Shown one piece after another: positions 31,282-40,331 of a DNA stretch of 64,000 nucleotides; positions within the stretch are counted from its first letter, which is position 1, and the number at the start of each line of letters is the position of its first letter. Both the position numbers and the translations under genes were made by a program. The notes under the pieces were generated by a model that was given only the letters and a program-made list of their open reading frames with translations, was not told the DNA's origin and ran no database searches. Source of the stretch: Candidatus Pampinifervens sinense (lineage in GTDB: Bacteria; Aquificota; Aquificia; Aquificales; Aquificaceae); assembly GCA_037927135.1 (NCBI GenBank), contig JAXSPP010000005.1, positions 64,001-128,000 of the forward strand, given 5' to 3'.

Positions 31282-31304
31282 AAAAACTTTAAGGAGGTGT
31301 AAAG

Positions 31305-32171
31305 ATGGGCTTGGAATATGTTAGGATTTCACCCGGCTTTGAGAGGTATATGCCAAAGGACTACGTGGACCTTGTAAACTACGGTCCTTTTGGCAGGCAG
31401 ATAGATGTACAGCAGCTAGGACAGTTCAAGGAGCTTGTGGAAGAGCATCCTATGTGTGCAGGATGCTTTATGGCCTACTTCATCAGGGTCTTCTACGCCG
31501 CCTTGCCCAATCCGGAAGACACAATAGTGATAGGGACAGCTGGCTGTGCAAGGCTTGCTCTATCTCAGGCTGCAGTACCCTTCATATATGGAAACTACGG
31601 TGATACAAACGCTGTAGCCTCCGGACTCAAAAGGGCTCTTACTATAAGATTCCCAGATAAGGTAAAGGATGTGGTGGTCATAGCTGGAGACGGTGGACTT
31701 ATAGACATAGGCTTTGGAATGACCATGCACTCCTGGTTTAGAAAAGAGAAGTTTACAACCATAATGGTGGATAACGAAGTCTATGGAAACACGGGTGGTC
31801 AAGAAAGTGGTATGTCTCCAAAGGGTGTTCAGCTAAAAATGGCTCCAAAGGGTAAGCAGTTTGATAAGATAAACGCTGTGGAGCTTGCAAAGGTAGCTGG
31901 ATGCGTGTATGTGGCCAAACTTGCTCCTACAAATCCTAAGAGGATAGCTAGGACTGTGAGGAGGGCCATACTTGCCGCAAGACACTTTGGACCTACCTTT
32001 ATCCACGCCTACACATCTTGTAACATAGAGTATTCAATTCCTACCGATAAGGTTCTTGAGGATGCAAGGAAGAGAGAAAAGCAAGACTTTGCCTTCTATG
32101 AGTGGATGACGGATGAAGTAAGGGAGTTCTTTGAAGAGATAGAGAAGAAGCAGGAGGAGGTAAAGGTATGA
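31305..32171 (+). CDS. forB: 2-oxoacid:ferredoxin oxidoreductase beta subunit
   Basis: CAGC, TAGC, TPP motif GDGG...DNEVYGNTGGQ. Confidence 0.88.
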   Translation: MGLEYVRISPGFERYMPKDYVDLVNYGPFGRQIDVQQLGQFKELVEEHPMCAGCFMAYFIRVFYAALPNPEDTIVIGTAGCARLALSQAAVPFIYGNYGDTNAVASGLKRALTIRFPDKVKDVVVIAGDGGLIDIGFGMTMHSWFRKEKFTTIMVDNEVYGNTGGQESGMSPKGVQLKMAPKGKQFDKINAVELAKVAGCVYVAKLAPTNPKRIARTVRRAILAARHFGPTFIHAYTSCNIEYSIPTDKVLEDARKREKQDFAFYEWMTDEVREFFEEIEKKQEEVKV

Positions 32172-32851
32172 AAAGGTATAACATTAGGATATCTGGAGTT
32201 GGTGGGCAGGGGGTTGTGACCTCTGCCCATATCCTTGGTAATGCTATGTCTGCCGCTGGAAAGTATGCCACACTGGTTCCTTTCTTCGGTTCTGAAAAGA
32301 GGATGGCTCCCGTGGAGGCCTATGTGAGGGTTTCTGATCAGCCCATATACGAAGTGGGTGAAGTGGTCTACCCTAATGTGATCATGATATACCATCCGCA
32401 GGTCATAACCCATGGAAAGTCTTACACCATGCCCTTCTACTCTGGTCTAAAGGAGAACGGTATAGTTATAATCAATACGGAGGTGGATATAATCCCTCCA
32501 GAGGATTGGGCTGTGCTCAAAGAGCTCAACGCAAGGGTGTATATGTTTCCGGCTACCAGGGTGGCTTTAGAAGTAGCTGGCACAGAGCTTGCAACCAACA
32601 TGGCCATGGTAGGCCTCTTTTTCGGAATAACCAGGTTGGTGGGTTTTGAACATATAGAGCAGGCCGTAAGGGAGAGGTTCCTAGGAAACACCTTTGTAGC
32701 CTCCGGTGGTACCACAGCCCTAGACAGCGCTATAGAGAAGAAGTTCAAAAAGAAGATGGAGCTCCTAGAGAAGAACATGCAGGTTATAAAAGAAGCCTTT
32801 AGAATAGCGGAGGAAAGGGGCTGGGTATTGGAAGAGGCTCTTACAGGCTAA
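32168..32851 (+). CDS. forG: 2-oxoacid:ferredoxin oxidoreductase gamma subunit
   Basis: G.GGQGVVT, FGSEKR.APV, NMAM.G. Confidence 0.88.
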   Translation: MKRYNIRISGVGGQGVVTSAHILGNAMSAAGKYATLVPFFGSEKRMAPVEAYVRVSDQPIYEVGEVVYPNVIMIYHPQVITHGKSYTMPFYSGLKENGIVIINTEVDIIPPEDWAVLKELNARVYMFPATRVALEVAGTELATNMAMVGLFFGITRLVGFEHIEQAVRERFLGNTFVASGGTTALDSAIEKKFKKKMELLEKNMQVIKEAFRIAEERGWVLEEALTG

Positions 32852-32881
32852 GGTAAAATTTTAATAAGGAGGCAAGGCGGA

Positions 32882-33106
32882 ATGTACTATGTGGCCGATG
32901 TGAAGGAGTCTGAATGTGCCAAGTATAACTGTAAACAGTGCGTGCTCTTCTGTCCAGAACCCAACACACTTATGTATCATGCTTCAAAGCATGTAGCATG
33001 GGTGAATTATTCAAGGTGTAAAGGCTGTGCCATATGTGTTTACGTTTGTTCAGACCTTTTGAAAAGAAACTGTATAGAAATGGTTATGATAACGCCTAAA
33101 GAATAA
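32882..33106 (+). CDS. forE: Ferredoxin-like epsilon subunit
   Basis: C....C..C...CP and CKGCAICVYVC motifs. Confidence 0.85.
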   Translation: MYYVADVKESECAKYNCKQCVLFCPEPNTLMYHASKHVAWVNYSRCKGCAICVYVCSDLLKRNCIEMVMITPKE

Positions 33107-33121
33107 GGAAGGGGGTAAGGC

Positions 33122-33418
33122 ATGAATTTGGAAGAGAAGTTCAAGCTCCTCTCTGAAGAGGTAATTAGAAATATGGCAAACCCGGATATAGACCTGGAGC
33201 TGTGCTTTCCCAACGAAAGGGATGAGAGTTGTGAAGTAAAGAAGTATCCTTACATAAAGGTGAGATACGTTATAGAGGGGCACGATGTCTATGAGAAGGA
33301 GATAGATATTGATCCAGAGTATTGGGAAAAGGATGTAAAGGACCTTGCCAACTTTGTTGCCTTTCAGATACAGCAGTTCATGGAGGAGATAGACTCGGTA
33401 GAGTACGGCGGTGAATGA
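33122..33418 (+). CDS. forF: Small acidic protein, ForF-like by position
   Basis: 98 aa acidic ORF directly after forE; assigned by synteny only. Confidence 0.55.
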   Translation: MNLEEKFKLLSEEVIRNMANPDIDLELCFPNERDESCEVKKYPYIKVRYVIEGHDVYEKEIDIDPEYWEKDVKDLANFVAFQIQQFMEEIDSVEYGGE

Positions 33419-34299
33419 TGCTCCCTTCCCTTATAATCACAGGTTTTTTAGGAAGCGGTAAGACTACCCTTTTGATAAACTCTGCCAGGGAATACTTTAG
33501 GGATAAGAGGGTAGCTATTATAGTAAACGAGCTTGGAGAGGTTGGTGTAGACGGGAAGGTGCTGAAGAACGTTTATTCTGAGGTTTTGGAGCTACCAGAG
33601 GGTTGTATATGCTGCACTCTTCATGCTGAGTTTGAAAAGGCTATTGGTGAGATAAAGGAAAAGTACAGTCCAGAGGTTCTACTCGTGGAGACTTCTGGTG
33701 GTGCGGTGCCCTTCCCTGTAATACTTAGCCTTCAGGCACTGAGTTGTTCTGTGGATGGTGTAATATGCCTTGTGGACTGTGCCAATTTTGAAAAATACAA
33801 AGAGGACAGTACGGCCAAATACCAAATAGGAAGTTCTAATGTGATCGTCTTAAACAAAATTGACTTGGTAGATGAAGACAAGGTAAAGAAGGTTGAAGAA
33901 GAGGTAAAGGAAATATGGAGCCTATACAGGCCTGTAAATGCTTTTACCGGCGAGCCTTATTACACAAAGGTAAAGGTCTACAGAACACAGTATGGAAGGT
34001 TGCCAAAAGAAGTCTTTGAAGGACTCTACACAATTCCAGAGCTAAAAGACTTCCCTCAACATCATGAGCACAAATATAAGCAAAGAGTAATAAACCTTAT
34101 AGAGCCTGTTGATTATGAAGAGCTTGAAAAGAGGCTTAAAAGCTTACCAGAAAACGTAATAAGGGCAAAGGGTATTGTCAGGTTGAAGCATTATCCTAAA
34201 CCTGTGGCCATAAACTACTCCTTTGGCCACTTGGACTACCCTATGGAGTTGGATGGCTACGACGGGCCCTCCTTTCTAGTCCTGATTGAAGGAGGATAG
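33415..34299 (+). CDS. CobW/COG0523-family GTPase metallochaperone
   Basis: TGFLGSGKTT, NE.GE, GCICC, VETSG, LNKID, C-terminal R.KG. Confidence 0.92.
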   Translation: MMLPSLIITGFLGSGKTTLLINSAREYFRDKRVAIIVNELGEVGVDGKVLKNVYSEVLELPEGCICCTLHAEFEKAIGEIKEKYSPEVLLVETSGGAVPFPVILSLQALSCSVDGVICLVDCANFEKYKEDSTAKYQIGSSNVIVLNKIDLVDEDKVKKVEEEVKEIWSLYRPVNAFTGEPYYTKVKVYRTQYGRLPKEVFEGLYTIPELKDFPQHHEHKYKQRVINLIEPVDYEELEKRLKSLPENVIRAKGIVRLKHYPKPVAINYSFGHLDYPMELDGYDGPSFLVLIEGG

Positions 34300-34302
34300 G
34301 CC

Positions 34303-35274
34303 ATGGGTCTTGACCTTCTCTTACAGAACATCCTCAACCCTCCCGTTTTAATGTTTATGCTTGGGCTTTTGGCTGTGCTTTTGAAGACTGAGTTAGAGAT
34401 ACCTCAACCTTTACCTAAGCTCTTCTCTTTGTATCTTTTGATAGCCATAGGGCTTCACGGTGGCTATGAGCTTTCCAAGAGTGGCCTTACCCTTGATGTG
34501 CTCAAAGTGCTTCTTTTAGCTATACTTATGGCCATAGCCGTTCCCATATACGCCTTTTTCATACTTAGGCTAAAGCTTGACGTTTATAATGCGGTAGCCA
34601 TTGCAGCTACCTACGGATCCATAAGCGCAGTCACTTTTATAACCGCTGGCTCTTTTCTAAACAGCTTGGGCCAAAGCTATGGTGGTTATATGATAGCAGC
34701 CATGACTCTTATGGAATCACCCGCCATAATTATAGGCCTTATACTTTTAAGCCTTTTTGCCAAAAGGAACAGCAACTCACAGATAGAATGGAAGGAGGTC
34801 TTTAGAGAATCCTTCCTTAATCCGTCTGTATACATACTTATGGGAACACTCCTTATAGGCTTTATAACTGGAGAAAAGGGATGGAAGGCTATGGAGCCCC
34901 TTTTTGGAACACTTTTTAAAGGCATGCTAGCCTTCTTCCTTCTAGATATGGGTATAGTAGCTGGACGCAGGCTTGGTGAGATAAAAAAGGTGGGGACCTT
35001 CCTTGTGGCCTTTGGAATACTTTTGCCCATCTTTAACGCCTCTTTGGCCATAGCCCTTGCTAAGCTCTTTGGTCTATCTAAGGGTGATGCCTTTATGTTT
35101 TCTGTTCTCTGTGCAAGTGCCTCTTATATAGCTGTACCGGCTGCCATGAGGTTGTCGGTGCCCGAAGCCAATCCCAGCCTCTACGTTACCATGTCATTGG
35201 CCATCACCTTCCCATTCAACATAGCCGTAGGCATACCTTTATACTACTTTCTTATAGACCAGCTTTGGGGGTAG
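34303..35274 (+). CDS. sbtA: Sodium-dependent bicarbonate transporter SbtA family
   Basis: YGSISAVTF, MESPA, FFLLDMG, SASYIAVPAAMR, FPFNI. Confidence 0.9.
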   Translation: MGLDLLLQNILNPPVLMFMLGLLAVLLKTELEIPQPLPKLFSLYLLIAIGLHGGYELSKSGLTLDVLKVLLLAILMAIAVPIYAFFILRLKLDVYNAVAIAATYGSISAVTFITAGSFLNSLGQSYGGYMIAAMTLMESPAIIIGLILLSLFAKRNSNSQIEWKEVFRESFLNPSVYILMGTLLIGFITGEKGWKAMEPLFGTLFKGMLAFFLLDMGIVAGRRLGEIKKVGTFLVAFGILLPIFNASLAIALAKLFGLSKGDAFMFSVLCASASYIAVPAAMRLSVPEANPSLYVTMSLAITFPFNIAVGIPLYYFLIDQLWG

Positions 35275-35280
35275 GATAAG

Positions 35281-35574
35281 ATGGAGCCTATGAAGAAGGT
35301 GGAAGTAGTCATTGACAGTGTGCATCTTAACAAAGTTCTTGAAATCTTGGAAAAGCAAGGAGTAAGTGGCTATACCGTTATAAGGGATGTGTGGGGTAAA
35401 GGGGAGAGGGGTATTATGGCCGGGGACGAGCTCACCGATGTGTTTAAAAACAGCTATATATTCACCGTGTGTACGGAGGAGGTGGCCAAGAGGGTGGCGG
35501 AGAGCCTTAGGCCTTTGTTGAGTAAGGTGGGGGGTGTGTGCATCATCTCCGATGTGCTGTGGTTGGTGCATTAG
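35281..35574 (+). CDS. sbtB: PII-like SbtB regulator
   Basis: KKVEVVI...GVSGYTVI..V.G.G.RG, GG.CIISD; directly follows sbtA. Confidence 0.85.
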   Translation: MEPMKKVEVVIDSVHLNKVLEILEKQGVSGYTVIRDVWGKGERGIMAGDELTDVFKNSYIFTVCTEEVAKRVAESLRPLLSKVGGVCIISDVLWLVH

Positions 35575-36610
35575 CTAAGACGCTTCTGTAGACCTCTTCA
35601 TACCTGTCTGCCATTATACTGCTTGAGAAGTTTTGCTCCACATGTCTCCTACATGCTCTTCTGTCTAGTCTGTCTACTTTTTTGACAGCCTGAGCCATCT
35701 CTTCTGTGGTGCGCGAGAAGCATATAAAGCCAGTGATACCATGGATCACTACCTCCTCTACAGAGCCTCCTGGGAAGGCTATAACTGGCGTTCCGCAGGC
35801 CATGGCTTCTACCATTACAAGGCCAAAGGGTTCAGGCCAGTCAATGGGAAAGAGCAAAGCCAATGCTCCACCCAAAAGTTCAGCCTTTGTCTTTTCATCC
35901 ACCTCACCTAAATACTCCACACCTGGTGTGTCTAAAAGTGGAAGGAAGTTCCTTTCAGCCCAAAGAAGGTCCGCTGGGTCTATCTTTGCCGCTATCTTCA
36001 AAGGAAGGCCAACCTTCTTAGCTACTTCTATAGCCTGTATAGGTCCCTTCTCTGGGGAGATCCTTCCTAGAAAAACAAGGTAAGGAGGGTCGGAAGGATT
36101 TGATCTGAAGGAGAAATGTTCTAAGCGTATGCCATTGTAAACTGTAGCTACCCAATTTAACGGAAGGTCGCTCACTGGAGCCCTTTGGCTATTGCTTATG
36201 CTTACTAAAGGCTGTTCTGGAAAACGGGAAAGTACCCTGCGTGTTTCGGGCAAGTCAAGCCTTCCATGAAGGGTGGTAACGGTTGGTGTAGGACTATAGC
36301 GAGCAAAAGGGAAGGTGAGATAATCCACATGAGAGTGAATAATATCAAAGCTCTCCGCCTGTGAATAAACTTCTTCCAACATGGCCATATGTAAGGCAAT
36401 AGGGTCTTTTGTATTTCTGGACAGCCTTAGTCCTGCCTCTGCCATAGGTATAAGCCTTGCGCTTGTCTTTGAATCACCAGTAGCAAAGAGTGTCACATCA
36501 TGACCTCTTTTTACAAGCTCTTCCACAAGGGCATAAACTACCCTTTCCGTACCTCCGTAAAGTCTGGGTGGAACAGCCTCATAAAGAGGAGCAATCATAG
36601 CTATCCTCAT
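35543..36610 (-). CDS. Glycosyltransferase family 4
   Basis: VPP..YGGTERVV, TTLHG, FLGRISPEKG, W.EPFGLVM.EAMACGTPV. Confidence 0.93.
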   Translation of the reverse strand: MRIAMIAPLYEAVPPRLYGGTERVVYALVEELVKRGHDVTLFATGDSKTSARLIPMAEAGLRLSRNTKDPIALHMAMLEEVYSQAESFDIIHSHVDYLTFPFARYSPTPTVTTLHGRLDLPETRRVLSRFPEQPLVSISNSQRAPVSDLPLNWVATVYNGIRLEHFSFRSNPSDPPYLVFLGRISPEKGPIQAIEVAKKVGLPLKIAAKIDPADLLWAERNFLPLLDTPGVEYLGEVDEKTKAELLGGALALLFPIDWPEPFGLVMVEAMACGTPVIAFPGGSVEEVVIHGITGFICFSRTTEEMAQAVKKVDRLDRRACRRHVEQNFSSSIMADRYEEVYRSVLANAPTTAHRR

Positions 36611-36723
36611 GCCATAGCCCTCCTAATGAGTTTGTGGTTGTATGGAGACGGAAAAGGCAGAGGTCGGTTTGAGTAGTATTAACAGAATATATTTATATGC
36701 ACCTTTTCATAGATTGCAATGTG

Positions 36724-36740
36724 TATAAGAAGGGCTTATA
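36724..36740. promoter_or_regulatory. Palindromic operator TATAAG-N5-CTTATA upstream of the tusA promoter
   Basis: Perfect 6-bp arms, T-N11-A geometry; related copies at 38076-38090 and 38120-38134. Confidence 0.65.
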
Positions 36741-36760
36741 GTATTTATCACAATTACTAA

Positions 36761-36789
36761 TTGCATGTCCTATGATAGGAAATTATAAT
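36761..36789 (+). promoter_or_regulatory. sigma70 promoter of tusA-dsrE
   Basis: TTGCAT, 17-nt spacer, TATAAT; the spacer contains a perfect inverted repeat TCCTAT-G-ATAGGA. Confidence 0.7.
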
Positions 36790-36820
36790 AGGATGATAAT
36801 TCTGTGAGGAGGTGATTAGG

Positions 36821-37057
36821 ATGGCGACCATTACACCAGATAAGACTTTAGATGCTTCTGGTCTTAACTGTCCATTGCCTGTTTTGAAAACAAAGAAGGC
36901 TCTTGAAGAGCTACAATCTGGGCAAATTCTGGAGGTTATAACTACAGACCCAGGTGCAAAGGCGGATATACCAGCCTTTTGCAACAGAACGGGCCATGAA
37001 CTTTTGGAAACGGTGGAAGAGGGTGGTAAGATAATCTTTTACATCAGGAAAAAGTAA
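36821..37057 (+). CDS. tusA: Sulfur carrier TusA
   Basis: LDASGLNCPLP, TDPG...DIP; start at ATG 36821 after GGAGG. Confidence 0.93.
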   Translation: MATITPDKTLDASGLNCPLPVLKTKKALEELQSGQILEVITTDPGAKADIPAFCNRTGHELLETVEEGGKIIFYIRKK

Positions 37058-37069
37058 GGGGGGGATAGC

Positions 37070-37603
37070 ATGGCTACAGAAAGGCTTGCCATAATAGCCA
37101 CAAAGGGAACGCTTGACATGGCCTATCCACCACTGATCCTTGCTTCTACAGCTGCCTCCCTTGGGATAGAAACGGCCATCTTCTTTACCTTTTATGGTCT
37201 CAATATCATACATAAAAAGAAGATGAATGAACTCAAGATAGCACCTATTGGAAACCCAGCCATGCCTATGGCCTTCCCACCCTCTATGCAAAACCCTATA
37301 ACAAATACCATATCTTCCATATTCCCTGGGCCACCACAACTTTTGGGTATAATTCCTGGAATGACAGACCTTATGACTTTTATGATGAAAAAGACGATAA
37401 AGGAGCATGGGGTAGCTACAATCCCTGAGTTGATAGAGGCATGTAAGGAGGCTGGTGTGAAGCTAATCCCCTGCCAGATGACTATGGAACTCTTTGGCTA
37501 TAAGTACGAGGACCTTATAGATGGTTTGGAGCCACCAGCTGGCGCAGCCACCTTTATAAACTATGTGATTGAGGCCGACAAACCTATGATAATCTTTGTT
37601 TAA
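37070..37603 (+). CDS. DsrE2-family sulfurtransferase
   Basis: GTLDMAYPPLILA, FFTFYGL, CQMTMELFG, GAATF. Confidence 0.88.
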   Translation: MATERLAIIATKGTLDMAYPPLILASTAASLGIETAIFFTFYGLNIIHKKKMNELKIAPIGNPAMPMAFPPSMQNPITNTISSIFPGPPQLLGIIPGMTDLMTFMMKKTIKEHGVATIPELIEACKEAGVKLIPCQMTMELFGYKYEDLIDGLEPPAGAATFINYVIEADKPMIIFV

Positions 37604-37614
37604 GGAGGATAGAT

Positions 37615-38031
37615 ATGGCCTATGAGAAGTTGCTCTTTTATATTCTGACTGTACCCTTCTTTGAAAGGGCTGAACCTACCACTGGAGAGCTTATTAACCC
37701 TCAAGCGGGAGCTCCTTTCTTCCTAGCCACGGCGGCCACCACCATGGACTATGAGGTGGAAATGGTCATAACATCGGAAGCGGGCTTCCTTCTTATGAGG
37801 GATAATGCCAAGAAGGTGAAGGTAAGACCAGGTGTGGAGCAAACGGTGTATGACTTTATAAAGATGGCGAAGGATGCGGGGGTTAAGATATATCTCTGTG
37901 TGCCCTCTTTGGACCTAACGGATATATATAAGAAGGAGGATGTAAATCCGGAGCTCTGTGATGGTATTATAGGTGGAGCGGCCTTCCTTGACAAGCTTAT
38001 GAGTGGCGAGTATGCGGTCATTACCCTTTAA
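37615..38031 (+). CDS. DsrE3-family sulfurtransferase
   Basis: APFFLA.AA, F..MAK.AGVKIY.C.PS, GGAAF. Confidence 0.85.
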   Translation: MAYEKLLFYILTVPFFERAEPTTGELINPQAGAPFFLATAATTMDYEVEMVITSEAGFLLMRDNAKKVKVRPGVEQTVYDFIKMAKDAGVKIYLCVPSLDLTDIYKKEDVNPELCDGIIGGAAFLDKLMSGEYAVITL

Positions 38032-38150
38032 CCCCTTTTTTGTCCATGGGTTTATAAGCATATACTTAAATCACCATAAGAATAACTTATTTGACTTTAA
38101 TGAATTATGTCATACTTTTATAAGAAGAACTTAGGTTAGGAGGTGTAGAG

Positions 38151-38879
38151 ATGGACGGGCACCCTTATGGATACAATATACCCATATCTGAAAAGACCAA
38201 GGCAGTGCCTTGGGAAGAAAAGGTCCGTGTTATAGAGGAAGTAAAATCAGACTTTCGCTTTAAAGAATACATATTTGGCTGTCTTAACTGCGGTGTGTGT
38301 ACAGCATCCTGTCCATCCAACAGGTTCTTTGATTACTCTCCAAGGGAGATAGTCCAAAGGTTCTTGGAAGATGATGTGGAAGTTCTTTACGATATGATGC
38401 ATGAGTACATATGGGCTTGCTCTCAGTGCTTTACATGTTGGATAAGGTGTCCCTTTGTCAACAACCCTGGTGGCCTTGTGGCCATAATGAGAGAGGTAGC
38501 AGTAAGAAATGCCTTTGAAGCCACAAAGGACCTTCTTAAGCCTTACGGAAGGGTTCTACTTAAGGTTATGACCACAGGAAACCAGCTTTCTGCAGATATG
38601 CTCCAGCCAGACTTCTTCCCAGACTGGGGTCCAAAGATGGCGGACAATATGGAAAACCTTAGGGCAAAAAGGCTTGCCATACCCTTTGACGTAGGAAAGT
38701 CTGTGAAGACCGCTTGGGAAGTATCCTTGGAAACTGCTATAGAGATGTACACCATTTGGAGAGAGACGGGCATCTTTGAAATGCTTGAAAAGCTTGATCC
38801 TAACCTCTACAACGTCATAATGGACATAGTAGAAGAGAACGAGGAGAGATATGCTGAACTTTATGAGGAGGAAGAGTGA
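38151..38879 (+). CDS. hdrC1: Sulfur-oxidizing heterodisulfide reductase-like subunit C1
   Basis: CLNCGVCTASCP and CSQCFTCWIRCP Fe-S motifs; first gene of the C1-B1-A-H-C2-B2 order. Confidence 0.9.
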   Translation: MDGHPYGYNIPISEKTKAVPWEEKVRVIEEVKSDFRFKEYIFGCLNCGVCTASCPSNRFFDYSPREIVQRFLEDDVEVLYDMMHEYIWACSQCFTCWIRCPFVNNPGGLVAIMREVAVRNAFEATKDLLKPYGRVLLKVMTTGNQLSADMLQPDFFPDWGPKMADNMENLRAKRLAIPFDVGKSVKTAWEVSLETAIEMYTIWRETGIFEMLEKLDPNLYNVIMDIVEENEERYAELYEEEE

Positions 38880-38927
38880 GCTAACAAAAGGGGCTAAAAC
38901 CCCAAAAAACTTTAAGGAGGTGTAACC

Positions 38928-40280
38928 ATGGCACACGGAGGTTTTGGGCATAACAGCCCAGGAGGGCTTTTAAGGTATCCAGAAAAGCCACCTTTCCCAC
39001 TCAAAGAGTACAACTCCCACTATGACCACATCTTTGAGATGATGGAAGAACTTGAAGCAAAGGGAGAGATACTCATATACAGGATAACGGAGGAGCACCA
39101 GCCCATACCCGTCTACACCAGAACTGGAAGGATAAAGCTAATACCCACCAATAAGCTTTGGCACCACAAATCCTGTGGCCAATGTGGAAACATACCAGGA
39201 TATCCAGCTTCACTCTTCTGGTTTATGAATAAGTTTGGCCTAGATTACCTTAACGAGCCACATCAAACTTCCTGTACTGCATGGAACTATCACGGTTCTG
39301 GTACATCAAACCCAGTAGCCCTTGCAGCAGTTTGGCTCAGAAACATGCACCAAGCTTGGAAAACGGGCTACTATCCTCTCATCCACTGCGGAACATCCTT
39401 CGGATCTTACAAAGAGACGAGGGAACAGCTCATTATGAACAAGGAGCTAAGGGATGCAGTAAAGCCAATCCTTAAGAAGCTTGGAAGGCTTACAGAGGAT
39501 GGAAGGATAGTTATACCTCAGGAGATAGTGCATTACTCTGAATGGGTCCACGCTATGAGGTATAAGATTGCGGAGCTCTATGAAAAGGAAGGAAAGCCAA
39601 AGGGTATAGACGTTTCCAATGTAAGGGTGGCTATACACAACGCTTGCCACACTTACAAGATGATAGCGGATGACTACCCTTACGATCCGGAGGTCTTCAA
39701 TGGTCAAAGGCCAGCAGCATCTACGGCGGTTATAAAGGCCCTTGGTGCGCAGGTGGTAGATTACTCCACATGGTATGACTGTTGTGGTTTTGGTTTCAGG
39801 CACATTCTCACAGAGAGGGAGTTTACAAGATCCTTTGCCATACAGAGGAAGCTAAAGGTTATAGCCGAAGAAGTAAAGGCTGATGTTATCATAACTCACG
39901 ATACGGGTTGCACCACAACCTTTGAAAAGAACCAGTGGATAGGAAAGGCCCATGGTATGTACCATCCTGTGGCCGTAATGTCTGATGTGATGTTTGCAGC
40001 TTTGGCATGCGGAGCCCATCCATTTAAGGTAGTCCAGCTCTACTGGAACTGCTCCAACTACGAGCCACTTCTTGAGAAGATGGGTATAACCAACTGGAGA
40101 GAGCTAAAGAAGGAGTGGGAAGACACGGTCAAGTACATAGCGGAGCTTGAAAAGGCAGGAAAGTATGATGAGCTCATGGAGTTCTTCAAGGAGTATGACC
40201 TGTATGAGCCTTACAGCAAGACCTCTACAGGAAAGCCTAAGGCTTCTGCTACTTCCAACATACCACTGTTTAAGTCTTAA
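38928..40280 (+). CDS. hdrB1: sHdr subunit B1
   Basis: HHKSCGQCGNIPGY, SCTAWNYH, CCGFGFRH CCG-type motifs. Confidence 0.9.
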   Translation: MAHGGFGHNSPGGLLRYPEKPPFPLKEYNSHYDHIFEMMEELEAKGEILIYRITEEHQPIPVYTRTGRIKLIPTNKLWHHKSCGQCGNIPGYPASLFWFMNKFGLDYLNEPHQTSCTAWNYHGSGTSNPVALAAVWLRNMHQAWKTGYYPLIHCGTSFGSYKETREQLIMNKELRDAVKPILKKLGRLTEDGRIVIPQEIVHYSEWVHAMRYKIAELYEKEGKPKGIDVSNVRVAIHNACHTYKMIADDYPYDPEVFNGQRPAASTAVIKALGAQVVDYSTWYDCCGFGFRHILTEREFTRSFAIQRKLKVIAEEVKADVIITHDTGCTTTFEKNQWIGKAHGMYHPVAVMSDVMFAALACGAHPFKVVQLYWNCSNYEPLLEKMGITNWRELKKEWEDTVKYIAELEKAGKYDELMEFFKEYDLYEPYSKTSTGKPKASATSNIPLFKS

Positions 40281-40288
40281 GCTTTTGT

Positions 40289-40305
40289 GGGGGCCTTGCG
40301 CCCCC
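40289..40305 (+). other. Intergenic GC hairpin between hdrB1 and hdrA
   Basis: GGGGGC-CTTGC-GCCCCC, no long U-tract. Confidence 0.55.
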
Positions 40306-40331
40306 TTAAATTTCATTAAAGGAGGTATAAG

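Noticed and set aside
29380-33418. Pyruvate:ferredoxin oxidoreductase (por) assignment
   Set aside because: Gene order D-A-B-G-E-F matches Hydrogenobacter for, whereas por is ordered E-D-A-B-G. Substrate specificity is still inferred from synteny only.
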